A DNA stretch of 64,000 nt from positions 1,256 through 65,255 of the forward strand of contig JAGVHG010000057.1 of assembly GCA_020056715.1 (NCBI GenBank). The letters are read 5' to 3'. The notes under the pieces were generated by a model. The model was not told the DNA's origin. It did no database searches and worked only from the letters and a program-made list of their open reading frames with translations. The stretch is from Phycisphaerae bacterium (GTDB lineage Bacteria; Planctomycetota; Phycisphaerae; UBA1845). A program made the translations under genes and the position numbers. Below, piece after piece: positions 56,643 to 64,000 of this stretch. Position 1 is the first letter of the stretch; the number at the start of each line of letters is the position of its first letter.

Positions 56643-56882
56643 ATGCGGTATCAGATCGTTTTGCGCCCGGAACCGGAGGGAGGGTATACCGTCTTCGTTC
56701 CAACCTTACCTGGTTGCATCACCTGGGGGAGGACACTGCGCCAAGCCCGAAAGATGGCTGCCGACGCCATCGGCGGATACATCGAGAGCTTGGCAAAACA
56801 CGGCGAGCCTATCCCGGTCGACGATGATAACCTGACCGCCAACGTCGAGATCGAATTGCCTTCCGAGTATTCGCGTGTCTAA
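56643..56882 (+). CDS. hicB: HicB-family antitoxin
   Basis: MRYQIVLRPEPEGGYTVFVPTLPGCITWGRTLRQARKMAADAI is a typical HicB N-domain. Confidence 0.8.
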   Translation: MRYQIVLRPEPEGGYTVFVPTLPGCITWGRTLRQARKMAADAIGGYIESLAKHGEPIPVDDDNLTANVEIELPSEYSRV

Positions 56883-57081
56883 ACGACCAGCGCTCACGTC
56901 GCGGAAGGTCTTGCAGCTTCTCAAGAACCACGGTTTCGTCGTGGATCATCAAACGGGAAGTCATCTTGTGCTACGCCATTCGAAGGACGGGCGTCGCGTT
57001 GTCGTTCCTGTCCACTCCAAGGACCTCCCGACAGGCACGCTCCACGCTATTCTCAAACAAGCCCAGATTCGTATGAACTAA
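56875..57081 (+). CDS. hicA: HicA-family mRNA interferase toxin
   Basis: KVLQLLKNHGFVVDHQTGSHLVLRH...VVVPVHSKDLPTGTLHAILKQA. GTG start overlapping the hicB end by 8 nt. Confidence 0.8.
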   Translation: MSKRPALTSRKVLQLLKNHGFVVDHQTGSHLVLRHSKDGRRVVVPVHSKDLPTGTLHAILKQAQIRMN

Positions 57082-57132
57082 GAGCCTCGATTGTCGCCTC
57101 ACTCTGGTGGGTGGTCACTTGCCATCCGTTCT

Positions 57133-58695
57133 TCACCATGTGTAATGAACGGTGTATCGAATCGTTACTTCGCCGTCTTTGTCGATTTCGACAGGGAAGT
57201 GGATCGTCCGTGAATCGACCTTCTCGAATTCGTGCGTCTTCTTGGTGATCTGCCAGTTTGTCCAGCGGTAGAGGTTTTCCTTGACGATGACCTTGACCTT
57301 CTCTTCCTTGTGGTTGCGGACCTTGATCTCGATGGTCTCGTCCATCGTACGGCGGGCGGTGTCCACGGCGAAGTCGGTCTGTTTACGCTCCCCGACCACG
57401 TCGAAGGCGCTGCCCATCTTGATGAGCACTTCTTCGTCCTTGGGCGTGTGGTCGATGGTGTCCTCGCCGATGAACTCCAACGTCTCGTCGGCCGGGTCCA
57501 GCTTGCTCACGCGAATCCGCCCCGACGGCAGCGGCATGCCCATGCCGATCGCTTTTTCGTTCTTGAACTTAAGGTAGATGTCCACCTTGGGGTTGGACTG
57601 GATGCCGAAGTTGCGGTCGGTCATCGGGCTTCCATACGCCGGGTACCGTGAACCCAAGCCGTAATACAGCATTACCTTCTCACAGGGCACTTTTCGGGCC
57701 GTGGGGAATAGTTCGATCTGCTTGGTCGAGTTGTCCGGCAACGTCGTCGGCCGCCCCAGCGTGTAGAGGTGGTACTCGAAGAATGCCTTTTCCTCGAAGC
57801 CGGCATCGGCGCCGGCCATCGCCGGTTCCATCATCGCACTCTTTCTGTTCATCATTCGCGGCGGCGTCGGCTGCGGCGCGCGGTGCACATCGCCCGCGAT
57901 CAGCTTGAGCTTGGCCTCGGGATAGGTCGCCCCGGATTGATTGATAATGCTCACCCAGGCCCCGATGTCGAGGACTCCGCTGTTGGCGTCCTTGCCCTCG
58001 GCGAAGACGATGTTGTAATCGGTCCACCAGGTCATGGCCTTGGTTTCGTAGGTCACCCGCGTGCGGTGGTCGCCCGGCTTTTCCGTGAAGATATCCCAAA
58101 CCAGCGTCGGCTTGGTGATGAGTCCGCCGGGCAGCTCGGGGAACCGAACGTTGGAGTATCCGTTGATGACTTGTACGCCTCCATCGGCGCTTTTGAGCAA
58201 CAATCCGCCGGCCGTACTGAGAAGCGTTCCCATAATCGTCTCGACCTTCTCCCCGTGAGCCTGTTCGACGGTGATCTGTCGGTCCAAGTAGCGTTGCATC
58301 AGCTTATCCGTGCTGACTAGGTCGAACTCGTAGTTCTGTTCGAGCACGTGCGTGCTGACGGGATCGGTGATCGAGGCGAAGGAAACCGTCGTCGGCTCGA
58401 TCTCCGAGGCCACGTCGGTGAAGCGGATGGTGCTCCGCCCTTGGCCGAGCTTGATGGGGCGCTCCTGCTTGACGATGGCGTAGCCGGGAATCTGCTGTCG
58501 CCATTGCACCCCGTAGGTGGCCTGTTGCATCCCTGGTTGGTACATCTCCGGTGGAATCGACCCGGGCGTCGCGGTGCTATAAATCGTCAGGGCCGTCGAC
58601 TCCTTGGCGTCGTCTGCGCCCCATGCGACCCCGGAGAGTGTTACGGCGACAAGGATGACGATGAGGTTCGTACGAAAGACCTGTGTGGAATTCAT
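57133..58695 (-). CDS. Secreted DUF4139-like protein
   Basis: Signal peptide. 520 aa, beta-rich. The layout resembles the DUF4139 / CHP02231 family as I remember it. Unverified. Confidence 0.5.
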   Translation of the reverse strand: MNSTQVFRTNLIVILVAVTLSGVAWGADDAKESTALTIYSTATPGSIPPEMYQPGMQQATYGVQWRQQIPGYAIVKQERPIKLGQGRSTIRFTDVASEIEPTTVSFASITDPVSTHVLEQNYEFDLVSTDKLMQRYLDRQITVEQAHGEKVETIMGTLLSTAGGLLLKSADGGVQVINGYSNVRFPELPGGLITKPTLVWDIFTEKPGDHRTRVTYETKAMTWWTDYNIVFAEGKDANSGVLDIGAWVSIINQSGATYPEAKLKLIAGDVHRAPQPTPPRMMNRKSAMMEPAMAGADAGFEEKAFFEYHLYTLGRPTTLPDNSTKQIELFPTARKVPCEKVMLYYGLGSRYPAYGSPMTDRNFGIQSNPKVDIYLKFKNEKAIGMGMPLPSGRIRVSKLDPADETLEFIGEDTIDHTPKDEEVLIKMGSAFDVVGERKQTDFAVDTARRTMDETIEIKVRNHKEEKVKVIVKENLYRWTNWQITKKTHEFEKVDSRTIHFPVEIDKDGEVTIRYTVHYTW

Positions 58696-58809
58696 GATTA
58701 TTTCCTATTCTGTTGTCCCATAAGCGATCTAGTTCGTGCCATGCGTTCCCATTCTTAATGTTTGACACCCATCCCGTCCAATGGTTCCAACATTCCGCAG
58801 GCGTGTCGC

Positions 58810-59595
58810 TCAGTCTGTGCCAAGGACGTTGCGCATCGAGTATAGCCCCGGGGGCTTTCCAATGATCCATGCAGTCGCGCGGAGCGCTCCCGCGGCGAAC
58901 GTCTCCCGCGAATGGGCGGTGTGACGGATCGTAATCGTCTCACCCGGTCCGCTGAAGTGGATCTCGTGTTGCCCCACGACCTCGCCCATTCGCACCGCGT
59001 GTACGCCGATCTGGCCATTAGGCCGCTCACCGACCTGGCCATGACGACCGAAGATGACTGGGGTCGTATCCGAACCACGATCGCCAGCGAGCGGGTCCGC
59101 GCCCGGCCCGTCGCTTGCGCTCCGGGTTCGGATGGGCTGCGCCGCGACGATCTGTTCAACCATCGCTTTCGCCGTTCCACTTGGGGCGTCGAGTTTATGG
59201 CGATGATGTGTCTCGACGATCTCGACGTCGTACTCGTCGCCAAGCACGTTTGCAATTCTTCCGAGCACGTTCAACACGGCCTGCATGCCCACGCTAAAGT
59301 TCGCGGCCTTGACGATGGGAATGCTCCGGGCAACCTGCGCGATCCGCGAAAGCTGTGCCTCATCGTGACCCGTCGCCCCGATCACCATCGGAATCCGTCG
59401 CGTTTCGCACACTTCCAGCCATTGCATCGTGCCGGCGGAGTCGGTGAAGTCGATCAGTGCATCGCACACCGGAACGGGCTGCTGCGTGCCCAGGTCGATC
59501 GTAGCGGCGATCTCGAATCGCGGATCGTGCGAGGCAAGCTCCACCACGCATCGTCCCATCCGTCCCGCTGCACCGGCCAGCGCAATTCGGATCAT
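58810..59595 (-). CDS. dapB: 4-hydroxy-tetrahydrodipicolinate reductase
   Basis: MIRIALAGAAGRMGR Rossmann start and EIVETHHRHKLDAPSGTA motif. Confidence 0.9.
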   Translation of the reverse strand: MIRIALAGAAGRMGRCVVELASHDPRFEIAATIDLGTQQPVPVCDALIDFTDSAGTMQWLEVCETRRIPMVIGATGHDEAQLSRIAQVARSIPIVKAANFSVGMQAVLNVLGRIANVLGDEYDVEIVETHHRHKLDAPSGTAKAMVEQIVAAQPIRTRSASDGPGADPLAGDRGSDTTPVIFGRHGQVGERPNGQIGVHAVRMGEVVGQHEIHFSGPGETITIRHTAHSRETFAAGALRATAWIIGKPPGLYSMRNVLGTD

Positions 59596-59604
59596 GTCGG
59601 ATTC

Positions 59605-61002
59605 CTAGGTGTCCAGCAGCTTCGCGATCGCCTCAATATCCGCCGCACAGCGTACGGGTGGATTAGCGTACGATCCCGCACCCGTGCCATCGCGCGACCC
59701 TCGATGATAATTCACGGTCACGTCCGGGTCTTTCAGTTGATGTCCCGTCAGAATGCATACCACCCGGTCCGACGGCGAGATGGCTCGTTCTTCGAGCAAC
59801 AGTCGCAGGCCCGCGATGGACGCCCCGCTGGCCGGTTCGCATCCGTACCCATACGCGCCCACGAGGGCCTTGCCGTCAAGAATGGCTTCGTCGCTGACTT
59901 GCCGCACGACACCGTCCATCGCTTCCAGACTTCGCAATGCCCTAGGCAGGTTCACCGGTCGGCCGATCTCGATGGCGCTGGCGACGGTCTTCGCCCGTCG
60001 TCCTTCAGCCGACATGCGTGCATACCACGCCTCGACCCGTGTCCGATCCCACCGTCCGTTGTCGAAACGTATTTTCTCACGCTCATGGAGTTCGTAAAGC
60101 GTATTCGCCCCGACTGCGTTAATGACCGCCATTCGCGGGATGCGTTTCAGCAAGCCCAACTCGCGAAGCTCAATGAACGCCTTGCCGAAGGCGCTCGTAT
60201 TACCAAGGTTTCCGCCCGGCACGATGACCCAATCGGGGACCTCCCAACCTAGTCCTTCGAGGACGCGGTACATGATCGTCTTCTGTCCTTCGATGCGGAA
60301 GGGGTTGACCGAGTTCATGAGGTACAGTCCGAGACGATCGGCGGCCTCTTGGACGAGCTTCATGCACTGGTCGAAGTCGCCGTCGATCTGGATGGTTTTC
60401 GCCCCGAAATCGAGGGCCTGGGCGAGTTTGCCGAACGCGATTTTATCGCCGCCCACAAACACCACGGCCTGCATCGAATGGCCGTTCGAGGAAGGCGTGT
60501 GTCGTGCGTACATGGCCATCGAGGCACTGGTGTTCCCCGTCGATGCGCACCCGATCCGCGATCGACCCAACCGCCGTGCCATTGTGAACGCGGCGGCCAT
60601 GCCGTTGTCTTTGAAGCTGCCGCTGGGGTTGAACCCTTCGTACTGCAAGTACAAGCAGCCCGGCTTGACGCCGAGCTTTTTAGCGAGTTCATCCGCCTGT
60701 TGCAGTAGCGTTCGCCCCTCACCTATCGTCACAAGTTTTTCGATGGATTCAAAGGGCAGCAATTCCCGGAACCGCCACACCCCGCTGAAATCCGCCCGCG
60801 CTTCCGGTGATCGTCCCGGAGTTGGCCAACGCGATTCAAAGAACGAGAGCGACTTGGGGACCGTGCAACGGGACCAGTCGTAGCGGATATCGAGCAGCGC
60901 CCCACAGCGCCGACAAGCATAAAGCACTACGTCGAGGCCATAGGCCGCCCCGCAGTCAGGAGCCATGCACTGCTGAAAAGCGAGGTCGCTCATTACCGAC
61001 AT
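59605..61002 (-). CDS. thrC: Threonine synthase (long form with N-terminal zinc ribbon)
   Basis: CMAPDCGAAYGLDVVLYACRRCGALL. PLP site NPSGSFKDNG. Start placed at ATG 61002. Confidence 0.9.
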   Translation of the reverse strand: MSVMSDLAFQQCMAPDCGAAYGLDVVLYACRRCGALLDIRYDWSRCTVPKSLSFFESRWPTPGRSPEARADFSGVWRFRELLPFESIEKLVTIGEGRTLLQQADELAKKLGVKPGCLYLQYEGFNPSGSFKDNGMAAAFTMARRLGRSRIGCASTGNTSASMAMYARHTPSSNGHSMQAVVFVGGDKIAFGKLAQALDFGAKTIQIDGDFDQCMKLVQEAADRLGLYLMNSVNPFRIEGQKTIMYRVLEGLGWEVPDWVIVPGGNLGNTSAFGKAFIELRELGLLKRIPRMAVINAVGANTLYELHEREKIRFDNGRWDRTRVEAWYARMSAEGRRAKTVASAIEIGRPVNLPRALRSLEAMDGVVRQVSDEAILDGKALVGAYGYGCEPASGASIAGLRLLLEERAISPSDRVVCILTGHQLKDPDVTVNYHRGSRDGTGAGSYANPPVRCAADIEAIAKLLDT

Positions 61003-61085
61003 CGTCAGGTCATTGATGGGAAGATGCAACTGACGCATAGTCCATGTCGCCCATGAAGGGCGGCGTAGCGAACAATCGCGTTAGT

Positions 61086-62147
61086 TCACCGGGCAGTTGA
61101 ATCGCGCTGCCGCCGGGTCTCTTCCTCGAGTATCCGACGTTCTTTCGGTGTGAGCGAGCCAAGTCCCGCGATGGAAACCTTCCGAAGCACGTCCTCAACG
61201 GCCCGCTGGTGTTCCTCACGTTGGCGGCGTTCTTTTTCGGCGCGGGAGGCGGTACGCCGTGTCTTACGTCGCTCGAAGAACCCCGGACGCCGCTCTCGAC
61301 TCTCGCTCCGGCCAAGTGAGGTGTAGCCTCCGCTGAAGTCGTGCCCCCATTCGCCCATTTCCGAGTCCGGCTGCTCGCGCAGGCTGCGCCGCGTCTGCCA
61401 ACAGGTGATGTATCCGAACACCGCGATCATCATCAGCAACCAGCTCTGCTCGGTGAACAACCCGAACAGGCCAACCACGATCGCCCCGACCATCCCCGTA
61501 CCGGTAGCGATTTCGGTCGCGGCGCGATACCCCTTCCTCGGCCAGAGCCAGGCGTGGACCAGGCGACCGCCGTCAAACGGAAAGATCGGCAGCAAGTTCA
61601 CAAGGAGGATAAAATAAGACATCCCATAGAAGCGCATCACCCACATCTGTCCCGTCGTCGGGATGATGGATTCATCGACGGGAGAAGTCGGATGAAGCGG
61701 GTTCCAGGGCACGGCGCCGAGGCTACCCGTCCACACGGCCAGCACGCCGGAGCAAACCGCGCAGAGAATCACGTTCACCATCGGCCCGGCGATCGTCGTG
61801 ACCGCGTGGGCACGAGGATGGTGGGGGGGGTTGACCGACGCCAGCCCGCCCAGCGGCCAAAGGAGAATCTCATCGGCCTCACCGCCCACATAGCGTGCCC
61901 CGAAACAATGTCCGAATTCATGGAGCAGAACTACGGCGAATAGCATCGCGTACGTTCCGAATGCGTCCACGACGGCGCGACCCAGCGAAACGGATTCTCC
62001 CGAACCCGGTTTGGGCAACTCCATCCAAAGGAGAACGATCGCGCAAATGACGAACGAGACGTGGACCCGGACGTCAATCCCCCAGAGTCGCCCGGCCCGA
62101 AACGACCAGTTAATGGGGTTGTCGAGGGGTCTTTGCGTTGGAACCAT
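61086..62147 (-). CDS. Site-2 protease (M50) family metalloprotease
   Basis: HEFGHCFGARYVGG zinc motif in a TM helix, multiple TM segments, basic C-terminal tail. Confidence 0.85.
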   Translation of the reverse strand: MVPTQRPLDNPINWSFRAGRLWGIDVRVHVSFVICAIVLLWMELPKPGSGESVSLGRAVVDAFGTYAMLFAVVLLHEFGHCFGARYVGGEADEILLWPLGGLASVNPPHHPRAHAVTTIAGPMVNVILCAVCSGVLAVWTGSLGAVPWNPLHPTSPVDESIIPTTGQMWVMRFYGMSYFILLVNLLPIFPFDGGRLVHAWLWPRKGYRAATEIATGTGMVGAIVVGLFGLFTEQSWLLMMIAVFGYITCWQTRRSLREQPDSEMGEWGHDFSGGYTSLGRSESRERRPGFFERRKTRRTASRAEKERRQREEHQRAVEDVLRKVSIAGLGSLTPKERRILEEETRRQRDSTAR

Positions 62148-62306
62148 GATCTTTACTTCCCCCCTTCCGAGCTGCAGGCTGGGATGTCATGGCCAAGCGG
62201 AGCGCCGCCATGCCGGCGTCCGGCGGACCCTCCCTTTTCGGTCGGCTCGTCTGACGCGCCAGGCTTGGGCATGCCACCATCTATCCACTATTTCCTTCTT
62301 GCGGCA

Positions 62307-63245
62307 CTACAGTCGATCCGCGTGCCCGGCCTCCGTCTGGCGCTGCCGCTCGGTGGCGTCACGCAGTGCCCGCTTTTCTTCCTCCGTCAGGCTGTGGATG
62401 CCACCTTCGTAAACCTTCTTGAGAATCCGATCAACGGTCTGGGCATCGTCGCGTCGCTGGTCCACTCTAGCGCCGAAGTCGGAAGGCGCACGTTCCCGCG
62501 TCCTAGTCCGCCAACTTGATGCCCGCCATCCGACCCTGTCCCACCAAGTCTCTCCGCGGTATGCCCACCAGGCGCCGAAGAGCATCCCCGCAATATGGCA
62601 GGCGTCGCCCCCGGCGTTGGGTCCCTGATCCAGAAGATTCCAAATGTACCACGCACCGAACAGCAAGGCCGCCGTGCGAATTTTGATGGGGAAGAGAAAA
62701 TAAATGAGCACCTCCGCATGGGGATAGCGGACCGCGCACGCTCCGAGCAATCCCAACACGCAACCCGACGCTCCGGCGGCCACTCCCTGCATGGGCAACC
62801 AGCCGATCAGCGTCAGGATCATGTAGAAGACCATCCCCAGCGTGCCGGCGATCAGGTAGATGAAGAAGAACCGCTTCGACCCCCAGTCTCGTTCCAGAGC
62901 CCGGCCGAGGAAGTGCAGCCCGAGCATGTTCATTAGGATGTGGCCAAACGACCAGTGCAGGTATTGCGCCGTGATGATCCGCCAGACTTGCCCCCGCATC
63001 ACTAGGCTCGTCTTCATGGCGGAGAATTGAAAGACCGGACTGGTGATGATTTCTTCGCCGCGAAGCTCCGGGTACCGCGCCGCATTACGGTCGATGGTCA
63101 TCTGACTGAGAATGAAGACGGCCACGTTGATCACTATCAACGTGGTGACGACGCTGCCGCCGAGCAGCGCAACCCGCCGGGTCGGCGGCCAGACCCGGCC
63201 ACCACCCTGCGCGCCCCTTGCGTAATCTCGGTCTCGCCAACTCAT
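62307..63245 (-). CDS. Rhomboid-family intramembrane serine protease
   Basis: HWSFGHILMNM and GASGCVLGLLGA motifs. Confidence 0.85.
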   Translation of the reverse strand: MSWRDRDYARGAQGGGRVWPPTRRVALLGGSVVTTLIVINVAVFILSQMTIDRNAARYPELRGEEIITSPVFQFSAMKTSLVMRGQVWRIITAQYLHWSFGHILMNMLGLHFLGRALERDWGSKRFFFIYLIAGTLGMVFYMILTLIGWLPMQGVAAGASGCVLGLLGACAVRYPHAEVLIYFLFPIKIRTAALLFGAWYIWNLLDQGPNAGGDACHIAGMLFGAWWAYRGETWWDRVGWRASSWRTRTRERAPSDFGARVDQRRDDAQTVDRILKKVYEGGIHSLTEEEKRALRDATERQRQTEAGHADRL

Positions 63246-63254
63246 GCGGCACGG

Positions 63255-63361
63255 ATTGTCGATTGGAGATTGTCGATTGTCGATTGAGAGTTCGGCGATA
63301 GGTGATCAAATACCGGCCTAATCGATTCGCCGCAGGCGGACAAATCGACAATCGACAATTG
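63255..63361. repeat. Palindromic heptamer-array element (ATTGTCG arm / CGACAAT arm)
   Basis: attgtcgattggagattgtcgattgtcgattgagag (63255-63290) and caaatcgacaatcgacaattg (63341-63361). Lies between the NUDIX and rhomboid genes. Confidence 0.85.
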
Positions 63362-63395
63362 GGCAGCCACCAGGGTCTCGGCTTCCGGCGTGATG

Positions 63396-63908
63396 TCACA
63401 GCCTCGCAAAATAGGTTCCCAACACCGCAATCGTTTTCCCGTCGCGCAATTCGCCGTTGACCAACCAGCGGCGGACGAGGTCCAATTCAACGACCTCCGC
63501 GACGATCCGTTCTCCGTGCTCTAACCGCTGGCCGACCGATGTCAGGTCCGTCGCCACGAACGCGAACATCCGCTCGGTCAGCACACCCGGCGAGGTGTAG
63601 AACTCCGTGAGCGGAGTCATCGTCCCCGCCCGATAGCCGGTTTCTTCCTCCAACTCCCGTCGGGCCGTCTCGATCGGGGACTCGTTCGGCTCCGCCGTCC
63701 CCGCGGGCAGCTCCCATAGCTCCTGCTCTATTGTGTAACGGAAGTTGCGGATCATCACGATGCGGTGTGCGTCGATGATGGGCAGAATCACCACCGCCCC
63801 GGGATGAACGACCACCTCGCGGGTGATCGATCGCCCGTCGGCCCCGGCGAACACCCGTCGTTCGACGCTAAATCGAGATGTCGAGAGAAGATGCTCTTGC
63901 ATCCACAT
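63396..63908 (-). CDS. NUDIX hydrolase (ADP-ribose pyrophosphatase-like)
   Basis: Nudix box GTAEPNESPIETARRELEEETGY. Confidence 0.85.
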   Translation of the reverse strand: MWMQEHLLSTSRFSVERRVFAGADGRSITREVVVHPGAVVILPIIDAHRIVMIRNFRYTIEQELWELPAGTAEPNESPIETARRELEEETGYRAGTMTPLTEFYTSPGVLTERMFAFVATDLTSVGQRLEHGERIVAEVVELDLVRRWLVNGELRDGKTIAVLGTYFARL

Positions 63909-64000
63909 GCCCTAGCGCTTCGAAGCAACCTTGGCTGTCATATTCGTGTTTAGCTTCCCAGTGGGACGAAGGAGCAAACGTGGGGTTCGTGGAGCAAACC

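Noticed and set aside
58912-60252. 446-aa ORF on the + strand. Similar long antisense ORFs include 196-1293, 8172-9383, 16719-17849, 22051-22998, 47440-48369 and 52468-53439.
   Set aside because: Each lies antisense to a gene with a clear family assignment (dapB/thrC, porin, beta-helix protein, RND pump, prolyl oligopeptidase, lysA). Their translations are Arg/Gly/Pro/His-rich low-complexity sequence, typical of shadow ORFs in high-GC DNA.

Overview
High-GC (roughly 60%+) chromosomal segment with dense coding. The gene content looks Planctomycetota-like: dockerin-like and IPTL/PEP-CTERM-like tails, beta-helix and Cys-rich secreted proteins, and many REP-like hairpins. This taxonomic call is inference only. 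Housekeeping genes: surE, selD, truB, sppA, uvrC, lysA, rnhA, a NifS/IscS-type cysteine desulfurase, dapB, thrC, tRNA-Leu(CAG) and tRNA-Cys(GCA). Accessory blocks: (1) a porin / PBP-like / PAS-GGDEF-EAL module at 8.3-13.8 kb; (2) a 12-kb heavy-metal-type RND efflux operon at 21.5-33.6 kb with two RND pumps, two adaptors, one outer-membrane factor, a P-II-like gene and small coupled ORFs; (3) a Type III restriction-modification island at 37.8-45.5 kb; (4) a hicAB pair. Most interesting signals: (a) The Type III locus is colonised by palindromic elements built from heptanucleotide arrays (GTTGTCA / TGACAAC). One of them carries a four-helix-bundle (23S-rRNA-IVS / Avd-like) gene nested inside the mod ORF, which nevertheless stays open. 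In every arm where a perfect array would create an in-frame TGA, that codon is substituted. (b) res in the same locus is broken by a single in-frame TAG at a probable Trp codon. (c) selD appears to be a selenoprotein, with UGA at the catalytic Cys position and a hairpin just downstream, so ORF callers truncate it. (d) A papain-like secreted protein is interrupted by one in-frame TGA followed by a small hairpin. (e) A different palindromic element is inserted in frame in the GGDEF-EAL linker. All calls come from reading the sequence and ORF translations and from remembered family motifs. No searches were run.
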